Positions 46,429 to 55,857 of a DNA stretch of 58,383 nt are shown here, piece by piece. Positions within the stretch are counted from its first letter, which is position 1, and each line of letters begins with the position of its first letter. The DNA lies in contig DFLL01000040.1 of the NCBI GenBank assembly GCA_002375205.1, forward strand, positions 1-58,383, read 5' to 3'. The position numbers and the translations under genes are program-made. The stretch comes from Bacillales bacterium UBA3620 (lineage in GTDB: Bacteria > Bacillota_I > Bacilli_A > RF39 > UBA660). The notes under the pieces are model-generated. The model was not told the DNA's origin. It was given only the letters and a program-made list of their open reading frames with translations, and ran no database searches.

Positions 46429-47421
46429 ATGAAAAGAGAATTATTTGAGAAAAGAAAAGAAGAATTTAAGAAAATTGTTTTAGAAGAAGGTAATTTGCCT
46501 AAAGTTGGTATGCGTAAATTTTCTGATAGAGATGACGCTAGAATATGGTTTAACAAGATATATAATTCAAGTTTGTTTAAAGATTTTATTGGTGAAATAA
46601 ATAATATTTTAAGTAATTATGGATTAATGGTATTAGATGATAAAGCTAAAGAGGAAGAATTTCTTGAGACAATTAATATAATTGGAAGAATACCTTTTAA
46701 AGGTGAATTATATTTTTCTGACAATGATGAAATGTATATGTGGTATTTTAATCATAAAGTTAAAAATCCTTCTTTTGAAACTATAGTACACAATAATTTA
46801 AAAGAATATCAAGATTTTGATTTAGCTACTGAATGGTCTAATATAAAAAAAGAGTTTATCTATACAATTAAATTAATAAAAAGAATACCAGAACATGGAG
46901 AGTGTTTTACACAAAATGGTATTGATATTAGGGTAATATATGATAAACTTCAAACTTTTGATCCGCAGTTTATAGAAAAATTATTGTTACATCTTCAAAC
47001 ATATAATAAAAAGGGTTTATCTTCTGAAGATAGAGAAAAAGAATTTTTAGAATGTGTATCAAAATTAGGTTATATACCATTTCTTCAAGAAGCAAGATTC
47101 TCTGATAAAACAGATATGTTTACTTGGTATAATAAATATAGGTTAAAGATAGTTAATTTTGAATTAGAAGTACAAAGAAGAATAAAAGTAGATAAGCCAA
47201 TTAGAAAAATTAATATATATTTGGTTCCAAATTTTAAAACTAGAGGTGGAAAGTTTTATACAGTATGTTCTAATGAAGGTGAAATTTTAGATTTATCTGG
47301 AATATTCACATATGAAGAAATGAAAGAAAAGGATAATACTTTTGCTAAAAGGGGCGGAATTATCTTAAAACAAGATGAAGAATTAGATACTGTAAATATT
47401 GTGAAAGGAAAAATTAAATAA
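46429..47421 (+). CDS. protein with four degenerate helicase-associated (HA)-like repeats, 330 aa
   Basis: Four repeated units are visible: FKKIVLEEGNLPKVGMRKFSDRDDARIWFNKIY, FLETINIIGRIPFKGELYFSDNDEMYMWYFNHK, FIYTIKLIKRIPEHGECF...IRVIYDKL, FLECVSKLGYIPFLQEARFSDKTDMFTWYNKYR. Confidence 0.55.
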   Translation: MKRELFEKRKEEFKKIVLEEGNLPKVGMRKFSDRDDARIWFNKIYNSSLFKDFIGEINNILSNYGLMVLDDKAKEEEFLETINIIGRIPFKGELYFSDNDEMYMWYFNHKVKNPSFETIVHNNLKEYQDFDLATEWSNIKKEFIYTIKLIKRIPEHGECFTQNGIDIRVIYDKLQTFDPQFIEKLLLHLQTYNKKGLSSEDREKEFLECVSKLGYIPFLQEARFSDKTDMFTWYNKYRLKIVNFELEVQRRIKVDKPIRKINIYLVPNFKTRGGKFYTVCSNEGEILDLSGIFTYEEMKEKDNTFAKRGGIILKQDEELDTVNIVKGKIK

Positions 47422-47699
47422 TGAAAATAAATGCATTAGATAATAATGGTAAATCTAAAGAATATGATGTTATTCTTACTTACTATAGCGATGAATATAA
47501 TAAGAACTATATTGTTTATACTGATGATGTCTATAATGACAAAGAGGAACTAAATATATATATTAATGAATATACTGATAATCCGGAAGTGATTTCTAAA
47601 CCTATTCAAGATAAAGCTGAATATACAAAAGTAAAGACTGCTGTTAATGAATTACTTTTAATTATGAAAAATGAAAGTGATAAATTGGAAACAAATTAA
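47421..47699 (+). CDS. DUF1292-like small acidic protein
   Basis: The pattern (D.NG...EY.V...Y..E....Y.VYTDD) resembles DUF1292. Its start overlaps the upstream stop (TAATG). Confidence 0.5.
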   Translation: MKINALDNNGKSKEYDVILTYYSDEYNKNYIVYTDDVYNDKEELNIYINEYTDNPEVISKPIQDKAEYTKVKTAVNELLLIMKNESDKLETN

Positions 47700-47720
47700 T
47701 AAAGGAATGGTATTTACATC

Positions 47721-48353
47721 ATGAAAATAGTAAATAAAGTGAATAGAAGTAATATAAATAGCCTTCTAGTTAACGAAGGTCAGAGTAAAATGAGTGAATC
47801 TATGATAGAATTTGCTAAGTCTATACCTGAAATAAATAAAGTAGAGGATTTAAAAGTATTAGATAGATTGTTTTATGAATATTTTACAAGAGATAAGAAT
47901 ACTAAAAAATTTGAATCTATTGCAGAACAAATTTTTGATAGAAAAACTTTTTCTGGATGTTCTGATATAGGATTAGCTATATCTCCACTACTTAGACATA
48001 AGGGGATACCTACCGTATATGTTGAAAGTGCTAGTATAGAATGGATAAAAGATATACAAGAAGATAATGAAAATAAAGAACTAATGAAAGGACATATCTT
48101 TTTAGAAATATACTTAAATAACAAATGGTACTTATATGATCCTACTTTTCATTTGGTATATGATAATTATGATTATAATAATTTATGCCTACCAAGAAAT
48201 TATTATGTATTTGCTAAAGCAATGAATTCATTTGATTTAGATGTACATAGTGTTAAAGATGAAAAAGAATTAGCTACTAATGTACTTAAAGATTTTGATA
48301 TTTCAACTTACACTAATCCAAATTATAAAGAATATAATTTGAAAAAAAAATAA
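47721..48353 (+). CDS. transglutaminase-like cysteine-protease-fold protein
   Basis: A candidate Cys-His-Asp triad sits in the canonical context: FSGCSDIGLA...LLRHKGIPT, KGHIFLEIYLNNKWYLYDPT. Confidence 0.6.
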   Translation: MKIVNKVNRSNINSLLVNEGQSKMSESMIEFAKSIPEINKVEDLKVLDRLFYEYFTRDKNTKKFESIAEQIFDRKTFSGCSDIGLAISPLLRHKGIPTVYVESASIEWIKDIQEDNENKELMKGHIFLEIYLNNKWYLYDPTFHLVYDNYDYNNLCLPRNYYVFAKAMNSFDLDVHSVKDEKELATNVLKDFDISTYTNPNYKEYNLKKK

Positions 48354-48426
48354 ATAAGATGGTATCATACTTATCTAAATAAATGAATTAATCTTTAAAG
48401 TATGAATATTTTACATACTAGAGTTT

Positions 48427-48460
48427 AAAAGAAGATATTGATGAAAAAATATCTTCTTTT
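48427..48460 (+). terminator. terminator-like hairpin after the transglutaminase-like gene
   Basis: A 12-bp AT-rich stem (AAAAGAAGATAT / ATATCTTCTTTT) with a 10-nt loop. Confidence 0.5.
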
Positions 48461-48550
48461 AATGTTAAAATAAATAAGAAAAAAAGAGATGGTTTTATTA
48501 TTTACTTTTAGAGTAATTTATTATACAATTATCTTAAGGAAAGGGATATT

Positions 48551-49840
48551 ATGGAGAGATATACACTACTGCCTGCGGACTCTTATGTTGTTATTAATAA
48601 GACTATTCTTCATGATGAAGATAGAAAGATACTTACTAATTTATATCTTCCTGTAATAGGTACTGATGCTATTATGCTATATTTCTCTTTATGGTCTGAT
48701 TTAGATAATAGTGAGATTATTAGTAATGATTATTCTCATCAAAAACTAGTATCTAATCTTAGAATGACGATTAGTGAAATAGAGACGGTGAGACATAAAC
48801 TAGAGGCTATTGGTCTTATTAAAACTCTTGTTAAAGAAGGTAATACGAATAGTTATATATATGAGTTATATTCTCCCGCTAGTGCCCATGAATTTTTATC
48901 CCATCCAATACTTAATATTGTACTATATAGTAACATAGGTAAGAATGAATATGATAATATTATTAAGGCTTTTAAATTACCTAGATTTAATACGAGTAAT
49001 TATATAGATATTACAAAGAATTTTAATGATGTATTTGAAAGTGTTAATATGACTTCTTATGATTTATCTCTAGAAGATATTCGTAAGTATAATAAATTAA
49101 AACTTAATATTAATAGTAATTTTGATTTTAATTTCTTAATTAGTTCAATGCCTAAAAATATTGATACCTCTAGAGTATTTACGAAAGAGATTAGAGAACT
49201 TATTATTAACTTATCTTTTATATATGATATTGATGCTGTTAAGATGTCAAATATTATTAAGGGATGTTTTAATGAAAGAGGTACGATTAATAAAGAAGAA
49301 CTTAGAAAGAGTGCAAGAAACTACTATCAATTTGATAATGGTGGAGTTCTTCCAACAATAATTGATAATAGTCAACCAGAGTATTTAAGGAAACCTATTG
49401 GTGATACTTCGAAAAGAGCTAAGATGATATATACATTTGAAACTATATCTCCAAGAGAATTTCTTATTAATTTAAATAAAGGTAGTGATCCTACGAGAAG
49501 AGATCTTAAACTAGTAGAGGATTTACTAATTGATTATAAATTAAAACCAGGAGTAGTTAATGTTCTTATTGACTATATGCTAAGTGTCAATGAAAAAAAA
49601 TTAACTAGAGGACTAGCAGAAACTTTGGCTGGAGAATGGCAAAGACTTGGTATTGAGACTGTTGAAGAAGCTATGAATGTATGTGAGAAAGAGTTTAAGA
49701 AAAGAAATAAAAAGTCTACGGTTAATAAAGATATTAAAAATGTAAAAACTCCTGATTGGTTTGATAAAGAAATATCTAAAAATAAAGTAAGTGATGGAGA
49801 AGAGAATCAATTAGAGGAACTTTTAAAGGAGTATAAATAA
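48551..49840 (+). CDS. dnaB: replication initiation and membrane attachment protein (Bacillus-type DnaB, DnaD-like domains; not the helicase)
   Basis: The N-terminus (YTLLPADSYVVINKTIL...LTNLYLPVIGTDAIMLYFSLW) and length fit. dnaI follows with a 1-nt overlap. Confidence 0.78.
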   Translation: MERYTLLPADSYVVINKTILHDEDRKILTNLYLPVIGTDAIMLYFSLWSDLDNSEIISNDYSHQKLVSNLRMTISEIETVRHKLEAIGLIKTLVKEGNTNSYIYELYSPASAHEFLSHPILNIVLYSNIGKNEYDNIIKAFKLPRFNTSNYIDITKNFNDVFESVNMTSYDLSLEDIRKYNKLKLNINSNFDFNFLISSMPKNIDTSRVFTKEIRELIINLSFIYDIDAVKMSNIIKGCFNERGTINKEELRKSARNYYQFDNGGVLPTIIDNSQPEYLRKPIGDTSKRAKMIYTFETISPREFLINLNKGSDPTRRDLKLVEDLLIDYKLKPGVVNVLIDYMLSVNEKKLTRGLAETLAGEWQRLGIETVEEAMNVCEKEFKKRNKKSTVNKDIKNVKTPDWFDKEISKNKVSDGEENQLEELLKEYK

Positions 49841-50751
49841 TGAAAGGTGTTAAAGAGTTAATAAAAGAACAAAATAGATTTACTAATATTGAACTAGAGA
49901 AATACTTTGATGAAGAATTAAAAGATGATACTTTTAAAAAAGTTGTTAGTAAATGTAAACTTCCTAAAGAAGAACTAATTAAATATACTTCTTTATTTAA
50001 AGATAGTGCCTGTGAATTAAAAAGATGTAGTACTTGTAAAAATATCTTAGAATGTAAAAATAGTGTTACAGGACATGTCTATTATCCTAGTGTAGAAAAT
50101 GATAACATCGTATTTTCATATGTTTCTTGTAAATATAAGAAAAAATTAGATAAGGATAATAAGTATAAAGAAAATATAATATCTTTTGATATGCCAAGGG
50201 AGATAATGGATGCTTCGATGAAAGATATATATACTGATGATAAGAATAGATTAGAAGCGATTAAATGGCTTACGACTTTTATTAAAAAATATGAATCTGA
50301 TAATAATATAAAAGGATTATACTTGACAGGAAACTTTGGATGTGGTAAAACATATATAGTGGCTGCAACTTTTAATGAAATTGCTAAAAAGGGTAAAAAG
50401 GTAGCTATCGTATATTATCCGGAGTTTTTAAGAAGATTAAAAGAAAGCTTTTCTGATGACTATAAAGTGGTATTTGATAGTGTTAGAAAAAGTGACTTAT
50501 TACTTCTTGATGATATAGGAGCAGAGACTGTTACTAATTGGAATAGAGATGAAGTACTTGGTACAATCTTACAATATAGAATGCAAGAGAAGTTACCAAC
50601 ATTCTTTACATCTAATTTAACTATTAAAGAGCTAGAAGAACATTTAATTGGTAATGATATTGATGGTAAAGTTAAAGCTAGAAGAATAATAGAGAGAATT
50701 AAATATTTGACTGATAATATAGAAATGATTGCGGAAAATAGAAGAAAGTGA
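49840..50751 (+). CDS. dnaI: primosomal helicase loader DnaI
   Basis: It has an N-terminal Cys-rich zinc module (CSTCKNILECKN), the AAA+ Walker A GNFGCGKTY and the Walker B LLLLDDIG. Confidence 0.88.
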   Translation: MKGVKELIKEQNRFTNIELEKYFDEELKDDTFKKVVSKCKLPKEELIKYTSLFKDSACELKRCSTCKNILECKNSVTGHVYYPSVENDNIVFSYVSCKYKKKLDKDNKYKENIISFDMPREIMDASMKDIYTDDKNRLEAIKWLTTFIKKYESDNNIKGLYLTGNFGCGKTYIVAATFNEIAKKGKKVAIVYYPEFLRRLKESFSDDYKVVFDSVRKSDLLLLDDIGAETVTNWNRDEVLGTILQYRMQEKLPTFFTSNLTIKELEEHLIGNDIDGKVKARRIIERIKYLTDNIEMIAENRRK

Positions 50752-50760
50752 GGAATAAAA

Positions 50761-51072
50761 ATGGAGAAGAAAGATTACGGATTTAAATTTAATCCAGATG
50801 GTAGTAGTGAAACAATACTACACGATGCTAATAATGGTAATGCTAAAGTGGTTATTAAGGGTGATGATGGTGATCTTAAAATGCCAGAAAATTATACTTT
50901 AGCAAACAATTCTGCTGGGGCAAAAGTGAGAAAGATGTCAAAAGTAAAAGAATTTGCTACTGGTAACCCTAATGTCGGTAAAGGGTCTGCTGGATTTGTT
51001 GGTGTTATAACTCTTGCTATTATTATTGCTATAGTGGGAGCAGTTATTGCATTTTTTTCACTTAAATACTAA
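50761..51072 (+). CDS. small tail-anchored membrane protein, hypothetical
   Basis: It has a C-terminal TM helix (FVGVITLAIIIAIVGAVIAFFSL), and AGGAATAAAA precedes the ATG. Confidence 0.45.
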   Translation: MEKKDYGFKFNPDGSSETILHDANNGNAKVVIKGDDGDLKMPENYTLANNSAGAKVRKMSKVKEFATGNPNVGKGSAGFVGVITLAIIIAIVGAVIAFFSLKY

Positions 51073-51098
51073 TTTATTTATACAAGGAGGGGTAGCCT

Positions 51099-54023
51099 AT
51101 GCTTACTGCTTTAGAAGTTAAATCTAGTTATTCTATTTTAAGTAGTTTAAACTTGATTGATATGCTAACGGAAAAAGCTAAAAGTATGGGCTATTTTTCT
51201 TTAGCTATAACGGACTCTAATAATATGTTTGGTGTCTATGAATTTTATTTGTCTTGTAAGAAGAATGGTATTAAACCTATTATTGGTATAGAAATAGAAA
51301 GCATTAATAATAGGTATATCTTACTTGCTAAGAATAATAATGGATATAAGAATTTAATTAAGATATCCACAATTGTATCAGAAAGAGATATTGATATTAA
51401 TGATTTAAATACTTATAAAGATGATCTTATTTTAATTATGCCTTTTAGCAATTTTAATGAAGATATATTTAATGTATTTGAAGATAGTTTTATAGGATAT
51501 AGTACACTAGAAGAAAGAAAAATTATAGATACTACTAAGAGAAAAATATTTATAAATGATGTCTCTTATATAGACAAAGATGACTATAAATATTTGGATT
51601 ATTTATATATGATTAGAGATGATAAGAGACTAGGAGAGGTAGAACTTGGTACTCATAAGAACAAGCATTTACTTAGTATAGAAGAATATGAAAATTTGGT
51701 TGATAATGATACTTTACAGAATATGAAATATATAAGTGATAAATGCACAGTTACATTAGAATACAAAGAAGGACTTCTTCCTATCTATGATAAAGATATT
51801 GATTCTTATGAATACTTAACTAATTTATGTAATAAGGGATTAAATAAAAGGCTTAATGGTAATGTTACGAAAGAATATTCAGACAGGCTTAAGTATGAAC
51901 TAGATGTTATTAAAAAAATGGGGTTTTGTGATTACTTTTTAGTAGTATGGGATTATGTTAAATATGCTAAATTTAATGATATCTTAGTAGGTCCTGGAAG
52001 AGGATCTGCTGCGGGAAGTCTTGTTAGTTATTCAATTGGTATAACAGATGTAGATCCTATTAAATATGATTTGTTATTTGAAAGATTTTTAAATCCAGAA
52101 AGAGTTACTATGCCCGATATTGATGTTGACTTTGATAGTATAAAGAGAAATCAAGTAATAGATTATGTTACGAATAAATATGGTGAAAAGAAAGTAGCGG
52201 GTATTATTACTTTTAATACACTGGGAGCTAAACAAGTTATTAGAGATCTAGGAAGAGTCTTTAATATTAGTCAGCCTATTATCGATGATATTGCAAAGGG
52301 TATTATTACAAAAGATTTAAAAAGTTCTTATGTAAAAGACTCAAGATTTTATAACTTAATTAATACGAAAGATGAATATAAAAGACTCTTTAAGATTGCT
52401 CTAAAACTAGAAGGTCTTCCTAGACATATATCTGTACATGCTGCGGGTGTCGTTATGAGTAATACGGATATCGATAATATTATTCCTTTATATAAAAATC
52501 AGTTAGGTATATATACTACAGCTTTTTCAAAGGATTATTTAGAGCCTTTAGGCTTACTTAAAATGGACTTTTTAGGACTAGACAATCTTACTCTTATTAG
52601 TAATGTTATAGATGAAATAAAAAAGACTGAAAAGATTAATATTAGTTTTGATAGAATACCAATGAATGATAAGAAAGCATTAGAGGTCTTTTATAATGTG
52701 GATACAGATGGTATCTTTCAATTTGAATCTCCTGGTATGAAGAGATTTTTGGAGAAATTAAAGGTAAAAACTTTTGATGATATATCGCTTGCTCTTGCTT
52801 TATATAGACCTGGACCCATGGATAATATTGATACTTTCATAAGAAGAAGAGAAGGAAAAGAAAAGATCGATTATATTCATCCAGATTTAGAAGAAATACT
52901 ATCTCCGACTTATGGAGTTATTGTATACCAAGAACAGATTATGCAAATTGTTAGAAAGATGGCTGGTTATTCTTTTGGAGAAGCTGATGTACTAAGAAGA
53001 GCAATGTCAAAGAAAAAAGAAGAGATATTACTAAAAGAAAAACCTAAGTTTATCGAAGGTTCTATTAAGAATGGATATCCTGAAGAAATAGCTATAAAGG
53101 TATATGATATGATCCTTAAATTTGCTAATTATGGTTTTAATAAATCACACTCAGTAGCTTATGCTATTATAGCTTATAAAATGGCTTTTATTAAAGCATA
53201 CTTTCTTAAATACTTTATATGTGGATTACTTAGTAATGCTATTGGTAACGAGTATAAAACTAATACTTATTTAAATAGAGCTAGAAAAGCTGGTATTAAA
53301 ATTTTAAGTCCTTCTGTTAATGATAGTAGAAGTTTATATTATGTAGATGAAAGTGGAAATATAAGATGCCCTTTATCAATTATTGCAAGTGTTGGTACAT
53401 CTATATCTAATGACATTATTAAAGAAAGAGAAAAAGGATTATTTACTGATTTTTGTGACTTCGTAGTTAGAATGAATAAAAGTGGTGTTAATAAAAGAGT
53501 TCTTACTAATTTAATTAATGCTGGTGCTTTTCCATTCGAGCATAATAAAAGATCACTTAATGAAGCATTAGATAATGTTCTTAATTATGCTGAGATAGCT
53601 AGTGATATGTCTCTTATCGAAGTAGAAAAGCCTGTTATTGAAGAATATCCTGAGTATGATAAGAATGAACTTATTAATCTAGAACTTAAGGGGGTGGGAT
53701 TTTATTTAACAGAACATCCTATTAGTAAATATAGAGAAGGATATATTATTACTTCTATGAATATAAATAATTATTTTGATAAGAATATTAAACTAGTAGT
53801 TATGATTGGTAAGATTAGAGAGACCACGACGAAGAATAATGATGTTATGGCTTTTATTAAAGGTAATGATGAATATGGTGATATTGATTTAACAGTGTTT
53901 CCTAGTACATATAAAAGATTTAATAATATTAAAGAAGGGAATATTATAGAAATACTTGGTAGAGTAGAAAAAAGATATGATAAATATCAGGTAATTGTTA
54001 ATAATATTAAAGTATTAGAATAG
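51099..54023 (+). CDS. dnaE: DNA polymerase III alpha subunit DnaE (short, 974-aa form)
   Basis: It has a PHP domain N-terminus (SYSILSS...[10 protein letters not shown]), the polymerase core ([27 protein letters not shown]), an HhH region and an OB fold. Confidence 0.93.
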   Translation: MLTALEVKSSYSILSSLNLIDMLTEKAKSMGYFSLAITDSNNMFGVYEFYLSCKKNGIKPIIGIEIESINNRYILLAKNNNGYKNLIKISTIVSERDIDINDLNTYKDDLILIMPFSNFNEDIFNVFEDSFIGYSTLEERKIIDTTKRKIFINDVSYIDKDDYKYLDYLYMIRDDKRLGEVELGTHKNKHLLSIEEYENLVDNDTLQNMKYISDKCTVTLEYKEGLLPIYDKDIDSYEYLTNLCNKGLNKRLNGNVTKEYSDRLKYELDVIKKMGFCDYFLVVWDYVKYAKFNDILVGPGRGSAAGSLVSYSIGITDVDPIKYDLLFERFLNPERVTMPDIDVDFDSIKRNQVIDYVTNKYGEKKVAGIITFNTLGAKQVIRDLGRVFNISQPIIDDIAKGIITKDLKSSYVKDSRFYNLINTKDEYKRLFKIALKLEGLPRHISVHAAGVVMSNTDIDNIIPLYKNQLGIYTTAFSKDYLEPLGLLKMDFLGLDNLTLISNVIDEIKKTEKINISFDRIPMNDKKALEVFYNVDTDGIFQFESPGMKRFLEKLKVKTFDDISLALALYRPGPMDNIDTFIRRREGKEKIDYIHPDLEEILSPTYGVIVYQEQIMQIVRKMAGYSFGEADVLRRAMSKKKEEILLKEKPKFIEGSIKNGYPEEIAIKVYDMILKFANYGFNKSHSVAYAIIAYKMAFIKAYFLKYFICGLLSNAIGNEYKTNTYLNRARKAGIKILSPSVNDSRSLYYVDESGNIRCPLSIIASVGTSISNDIIKEREKGLFTDFCDFVVRMNKSGVNKRVLTNLINAGAFPFEHNKRSLNEALDNVLNYAEIASDMSLIEVEKPVIEEYPEYDKNELINLELKGVGFYLTEHPISKYREGYIITSMNINNYFDKNIKLVVMIGKIRETTTKNNDVMAFIKGNDEYGDIDLTVFPSTYKRFNNIKEGNIIEILGRVEKRYDKYQVIVNNIKVLE

Positions 54024-54033
54024 GAGAAAATTT

Positions 54034-54606
54034 ATGAATAAAGGTGTATTTATAGTAGTATCAGGACCATCTGGAGTAGGTAAAGATACTCTCATAGATG
54101 AACTAGTAAAAGAAGAATATGGTATATATTCAGTATCGATGACCACTAGAAAAAGAAGAGAGGGTGAAGTAGAAGGAGAAGACTACTTCTATAGAGATAT
54201 TGATACTTTTGAAGATTATATTAAGAATGATAAATTCTTAGAATATGCTAAATATAATAATAACTATTATGGTACTTTAAAAGACTTTGTCTTTGATAAA
54301 ATAAATATGGGAATCAATGTCTTTGCTAATATCGACGTACAAGGTGCTCTTCAGATAAAAAAAGTATTTCCAGAAGCTGTTAGTATCTTCATTATGCCTC
54401 CATCATTTGAAGAGTTAGAAAAGAGACTTAGAAATAGAAATACTGATTCAGAAGAAGATATTATTAATAGACTCAATATTGCTAAGAATGAAATTACTTA
54501 TAAAGATAAATATGACTACACAGTTATCAACAATACTGTGGATAAAGCAGTAATAGACATTAAAAATATTATTGATAACGAAAAAAAGAAAATCAATACC
54601 GATTAG
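54034..54606 (+). CDS. gmk: guanylate kinase
   Basis: It has the P-loop [20 protein letters not shown] and YYGT motifs. Confidence 0.92.
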   Translation: MNKGVFIVVSGPSGVGKDTLIDELVKEEYGIYSVSMTTRKRREGEVEGEDYFYRDIDTFEDYIKNDKFLEYAKYNNNYYGTLKDFVFDKINMGINVFANIDVQGALQIKKVFPEAVSIFIMPPSFEELEKRLRNRNTDSEEDIINRLNIAKNEITYKDKYDYTVINNTVDKAVIDIKNIIDNEKKKINTD

Positions 54607-54626
54607 TTTGGTATTGATTATTATTT
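54591..54626 (+). terminator. hairpin overlapping the gmk stop codon
   Basis: A 10-bp stem (AATCAATACC / GGTATTGATT) with a 9-nt loop, followed by ATTATTT. Confidence 0.55.
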
Positions 54627-54682
54627 AACCACTTCGCTTCCCGAAAAGATATTTTGTTTCTCCATTGTCTTCTAGAAGAATA
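54621..54682. repeat. left arm of an imperfect inverted repeat bounding a 1.3-kb segment
   Basis: TTATTTAACCACTTCGCTTCCCGAAA compares with the reverse complement of 55905-55930, TTATTTAACCGCTTCGCTACCCAAAA. Similarity is looser further in, and the arm ends in the palindrome TCTTCTAGAAGA (54668-54679). Confidence 0.7.
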
Positions 54683-54785
54683 ACAATTAATCATAATGAA
54701 TACATAGTTCAAAAATAGATTTCCTTGAAAGTCTTAATTTTATTTATTATAAAAACCACTTTAATAATTAATTATCACAATTAAT

Positions 54786-55226
54786 TTAAAAAAACTTCAT
54801 TATAATAATTATAATAGCCAATATTACAAAAAATCTTACAATCCAATGCCTATCCTTTGAAGCCATAGCTCCTTCAGGTCTGGCATTCTTTGGATTTCTA
54901 ACATAATATAGTACTATTGACTCTGGAGGATAGTCAGAAAGAATCTGATATTTATATTTCTTACCATTACACTCATAGTTATATACACAAATTTTCTGCC
55001 TATATTCAGCACTTCTATAATCACTTTTATTAATATACGATTTCACATAATAAGCACTAACTACATGTCCAAGTTTAATTGCCTTTGCTTTTGCTTTTTC
55101 TTGCTTACCTGGAAGCATATCAAGATTTTCTCGAATAATACACCAAACAAAAGTAATTACTGCAGAAGCAAAAACATAAGGAAAATATTCCATCCAATTT
55201 TGACTAATCCATTTAAAAACATTCAT
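54786..55226 (-). CDS. hypothetical two-TM membrane protein (DUF3592-like layout)
   Basis: N- and C-terminal TM helices flank a beta-rich middle. AAAGGAGGTAAAAA precedes the ATG. Confidence 0.5.
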   Translation of the reverse strand: MNVFKWISQNWMEYFPYVFASAVITFVWCIIRENLDMLPGKQEKAKAKAIKLGHVVSAYYVKSYINKSDYRSAEYRQKICVYNYECNGKKYKYQILSDYPPESIVLYYVRNPKNARPEGAMASKDRHWIVRFFVILAIIIIIMKFF

Positions 55227-55408
55227 TTTTTACCTCCTTTTTCTATTGTAATTATATCATTTAATATTATTTTTTTCAATATGATTAAAAGAAAATCAAT
55301 ATCGATTAATTTTGATATTTATTTTATACATCTGTATGCTTTTTTGAAATTGATAAACCATTATATTTAAAGGCTTTATAAGTAAAATAAAAATATGTCT
55401 AAAATTGT

Positions 55409-55436
55409 ATTGACATAGTTATTATAAATGATATAA
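55409..55436 (+). promoter_or_regulatory. near-consensus sigma-A promoter with an extended -10: TTGACA, 16-nt spacer, TGATATAAT
   Basis: TTGACA is at 55409-55414 and TG-A-TATAAT at 55428-55436. Confidence 0.7.
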
Positions 55437-55443
55437 TGTTTGA

Positions 55444-55452
55444 TGTGGATAA
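55444..55452 (-). promoter_or_regulatory. perfect DnaA-box consensus (TTATCCACA on the minus strand) at the predicted transcription start
   Basis: TGTGGATAA begins 8 nt after the -10 hexamer. Confidence 0.6.
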
Positions 55453-55540
55453 CACTTATGGTGTTCTCTCCTCTTTTTGTAATAGAAGGGAGGGGTGATT
55501 GTATGCTGAAGAAACCAACTTGTAAAGGGGGTTTAAGTAA

Positions 55541-55618
55541 GTGGAACTTGTTTTGGCTTATGCTATAACAGTACTAATTCTTCTTGCTGTAATAAGTAAG
55601 AATAATCATACAAAATAA
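55541..55618 (+). CDS. candidate 25-aa hydrophobic peptide (type I toxin-like): (M)ELVLAYAITVLILLAVISKNNHTK
   Basis: A GTG start lies 9 nt after AAAGGGGG. The peptide is a single TM helix with a polar basic tail. It lies inside a transcript defined by a consensus promoter and long 5'/3' complementarity. An overlapping 21-codon ORF (55503-55568) has a stronger SD. Confidence 0.3.
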   Translation: MELVLAYAITVLILLAVISKNNHTK

Positions 55619-55718
55619 AAAGGGGCACCCAGGGGGTGCCTCCATATCAACTATGGAGAGAACACCTTGAAAAAATAGGTGTTATCCACATTTTTATTAT
55701 GGATAAATTTCTCTTTCC
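55613..55718 (-). ncRNA. candidate ~105-nt antisense RNA, convergent with the small-ORF transcript
   Basis: On the minus strand, TTGCTT (55748-55753), a 17-nt spacer and TATAAT (55725-55730) form a promoter. A GC-rich hairpin (55622-55643) followed by UUUUUAUUUU on the minus strand would terminate the transcript. Confidence 0.25.
55682..55690 (+). promoter_or_regulatory. perfect DnaA-box consensus TTATCCACA
   Basis: It is an exact 9-mer. A one-mismatch box (TTATCCATA on the minus strand) lies at 55698-55706. Confidence 0.6.
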
Positions 55719-55857
55719 AAATACATTATATGATTATTTTATAAAAAAAGCAAGTAGTTATACTTGTTTTTCTCATTATTGATATCTATTTTACATTTTG
55801 AGAAAGATTTATTTTACAAAATAAGAAAAAATTTATCTATCTAGTATCATATCTTGA

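Noticed and set aside
55443-55695. 6S RNA (ssrS) as an explanation for the ~250-nt transcript with paired 5' and 3' ends
   Set aside because: It is longer than typical 6S RNA. It contains two SD-preceded small ORFs, and I could not see the characteristic central-bubble layout. I keep it as an alternative that an Rfam scan could confirm.
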